Positions 63,831-64,000 of a stretch of DNA of 64,000 nucleotides are shown here, piece after piece. The position numbers and the translations under genes are program-made. Every line of letters begins with the position of its first letter. Within the stretch, counting starts at the first letter, position 1. The notes beneath the pieces were generated by a model, which made no database searches, had not been told where the DNA came from, and saw only the letters and a list, made by a program, of their open reading frames with translations. The DNA lies in NCBI RefSeq assembly GCF_048593235.1, contig NC_133620.1, forward strand, positions 168,518,852 through 168,582,851, in the 5' to 3' direction. Source of the stretch: Sminthopsis crassicaudata (Eukaryota).

Positions 63831-64000
63831 ACTAGAACTGTGATTTCAGTGGTGTAGGGAATCCCCAATGTGGAAAATGACTCTTTTTAACAATGAGAGT
63901 TGTCTTCATATCTCTCCTAAACATTATTTCCAAATAATTGGGTGCTGGACAACTCCACTGGCTGATTTTTTCACACAATAGAAATCACTATTTTTTCTCC

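Noticed and set aside
1-64000. CRISPR arrays, rRNA or tRNA genes, prokaryotic systems
   Set aside because: None seen. The tRNA-like A/B boxes all belong to SINE heads, and the DNA is mammalian intronic sequence.

Overview
Eukaryotic, AT-rich, repeat-dense intronic DNA. The repeat complement (WSINE1-like and MAR1-like SINEs, MIR, L2, CR1/L3, RTE, marsupial-type L1) points to a marsupial, probably Australian. Two assembly gaps are present (30104-30344 and 42595-42780). The window lies inside one minus-strand gene, L3MBTL3. I traced eight canonical exons with GT-AG sites and matching phases: 61057-60906, 55672-55596, 46644-46559, 43371-43261, 35976-35862, 32566-32464, 22939-22790 and 2119-2034. 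They encode most of MBT repeat 2, all of MBT repeat 3, the C2HC-type zinc finger and the following linker. The start and the SAM-domain exons lie outside the window. Two things are not explained by the human protein as I recall it. (1) A frame-preserving 159-nt exon at 21604-21446 adds 53 aa. (2) A candidate alternative 3' module in the intron that splits the zinc finger: an in-phase exon at 31239-31131 and a second open exon starting at 30532 that runs into a gap. It would give an MBT-containing isoform lacking the last zinc ligand and the SAM domain. An unidentified coding-like island lies at about 5700-6450. Gene and repeat names come from recognition, not database searches. Most ORFs in the supplied track are repeat-derived or chance.
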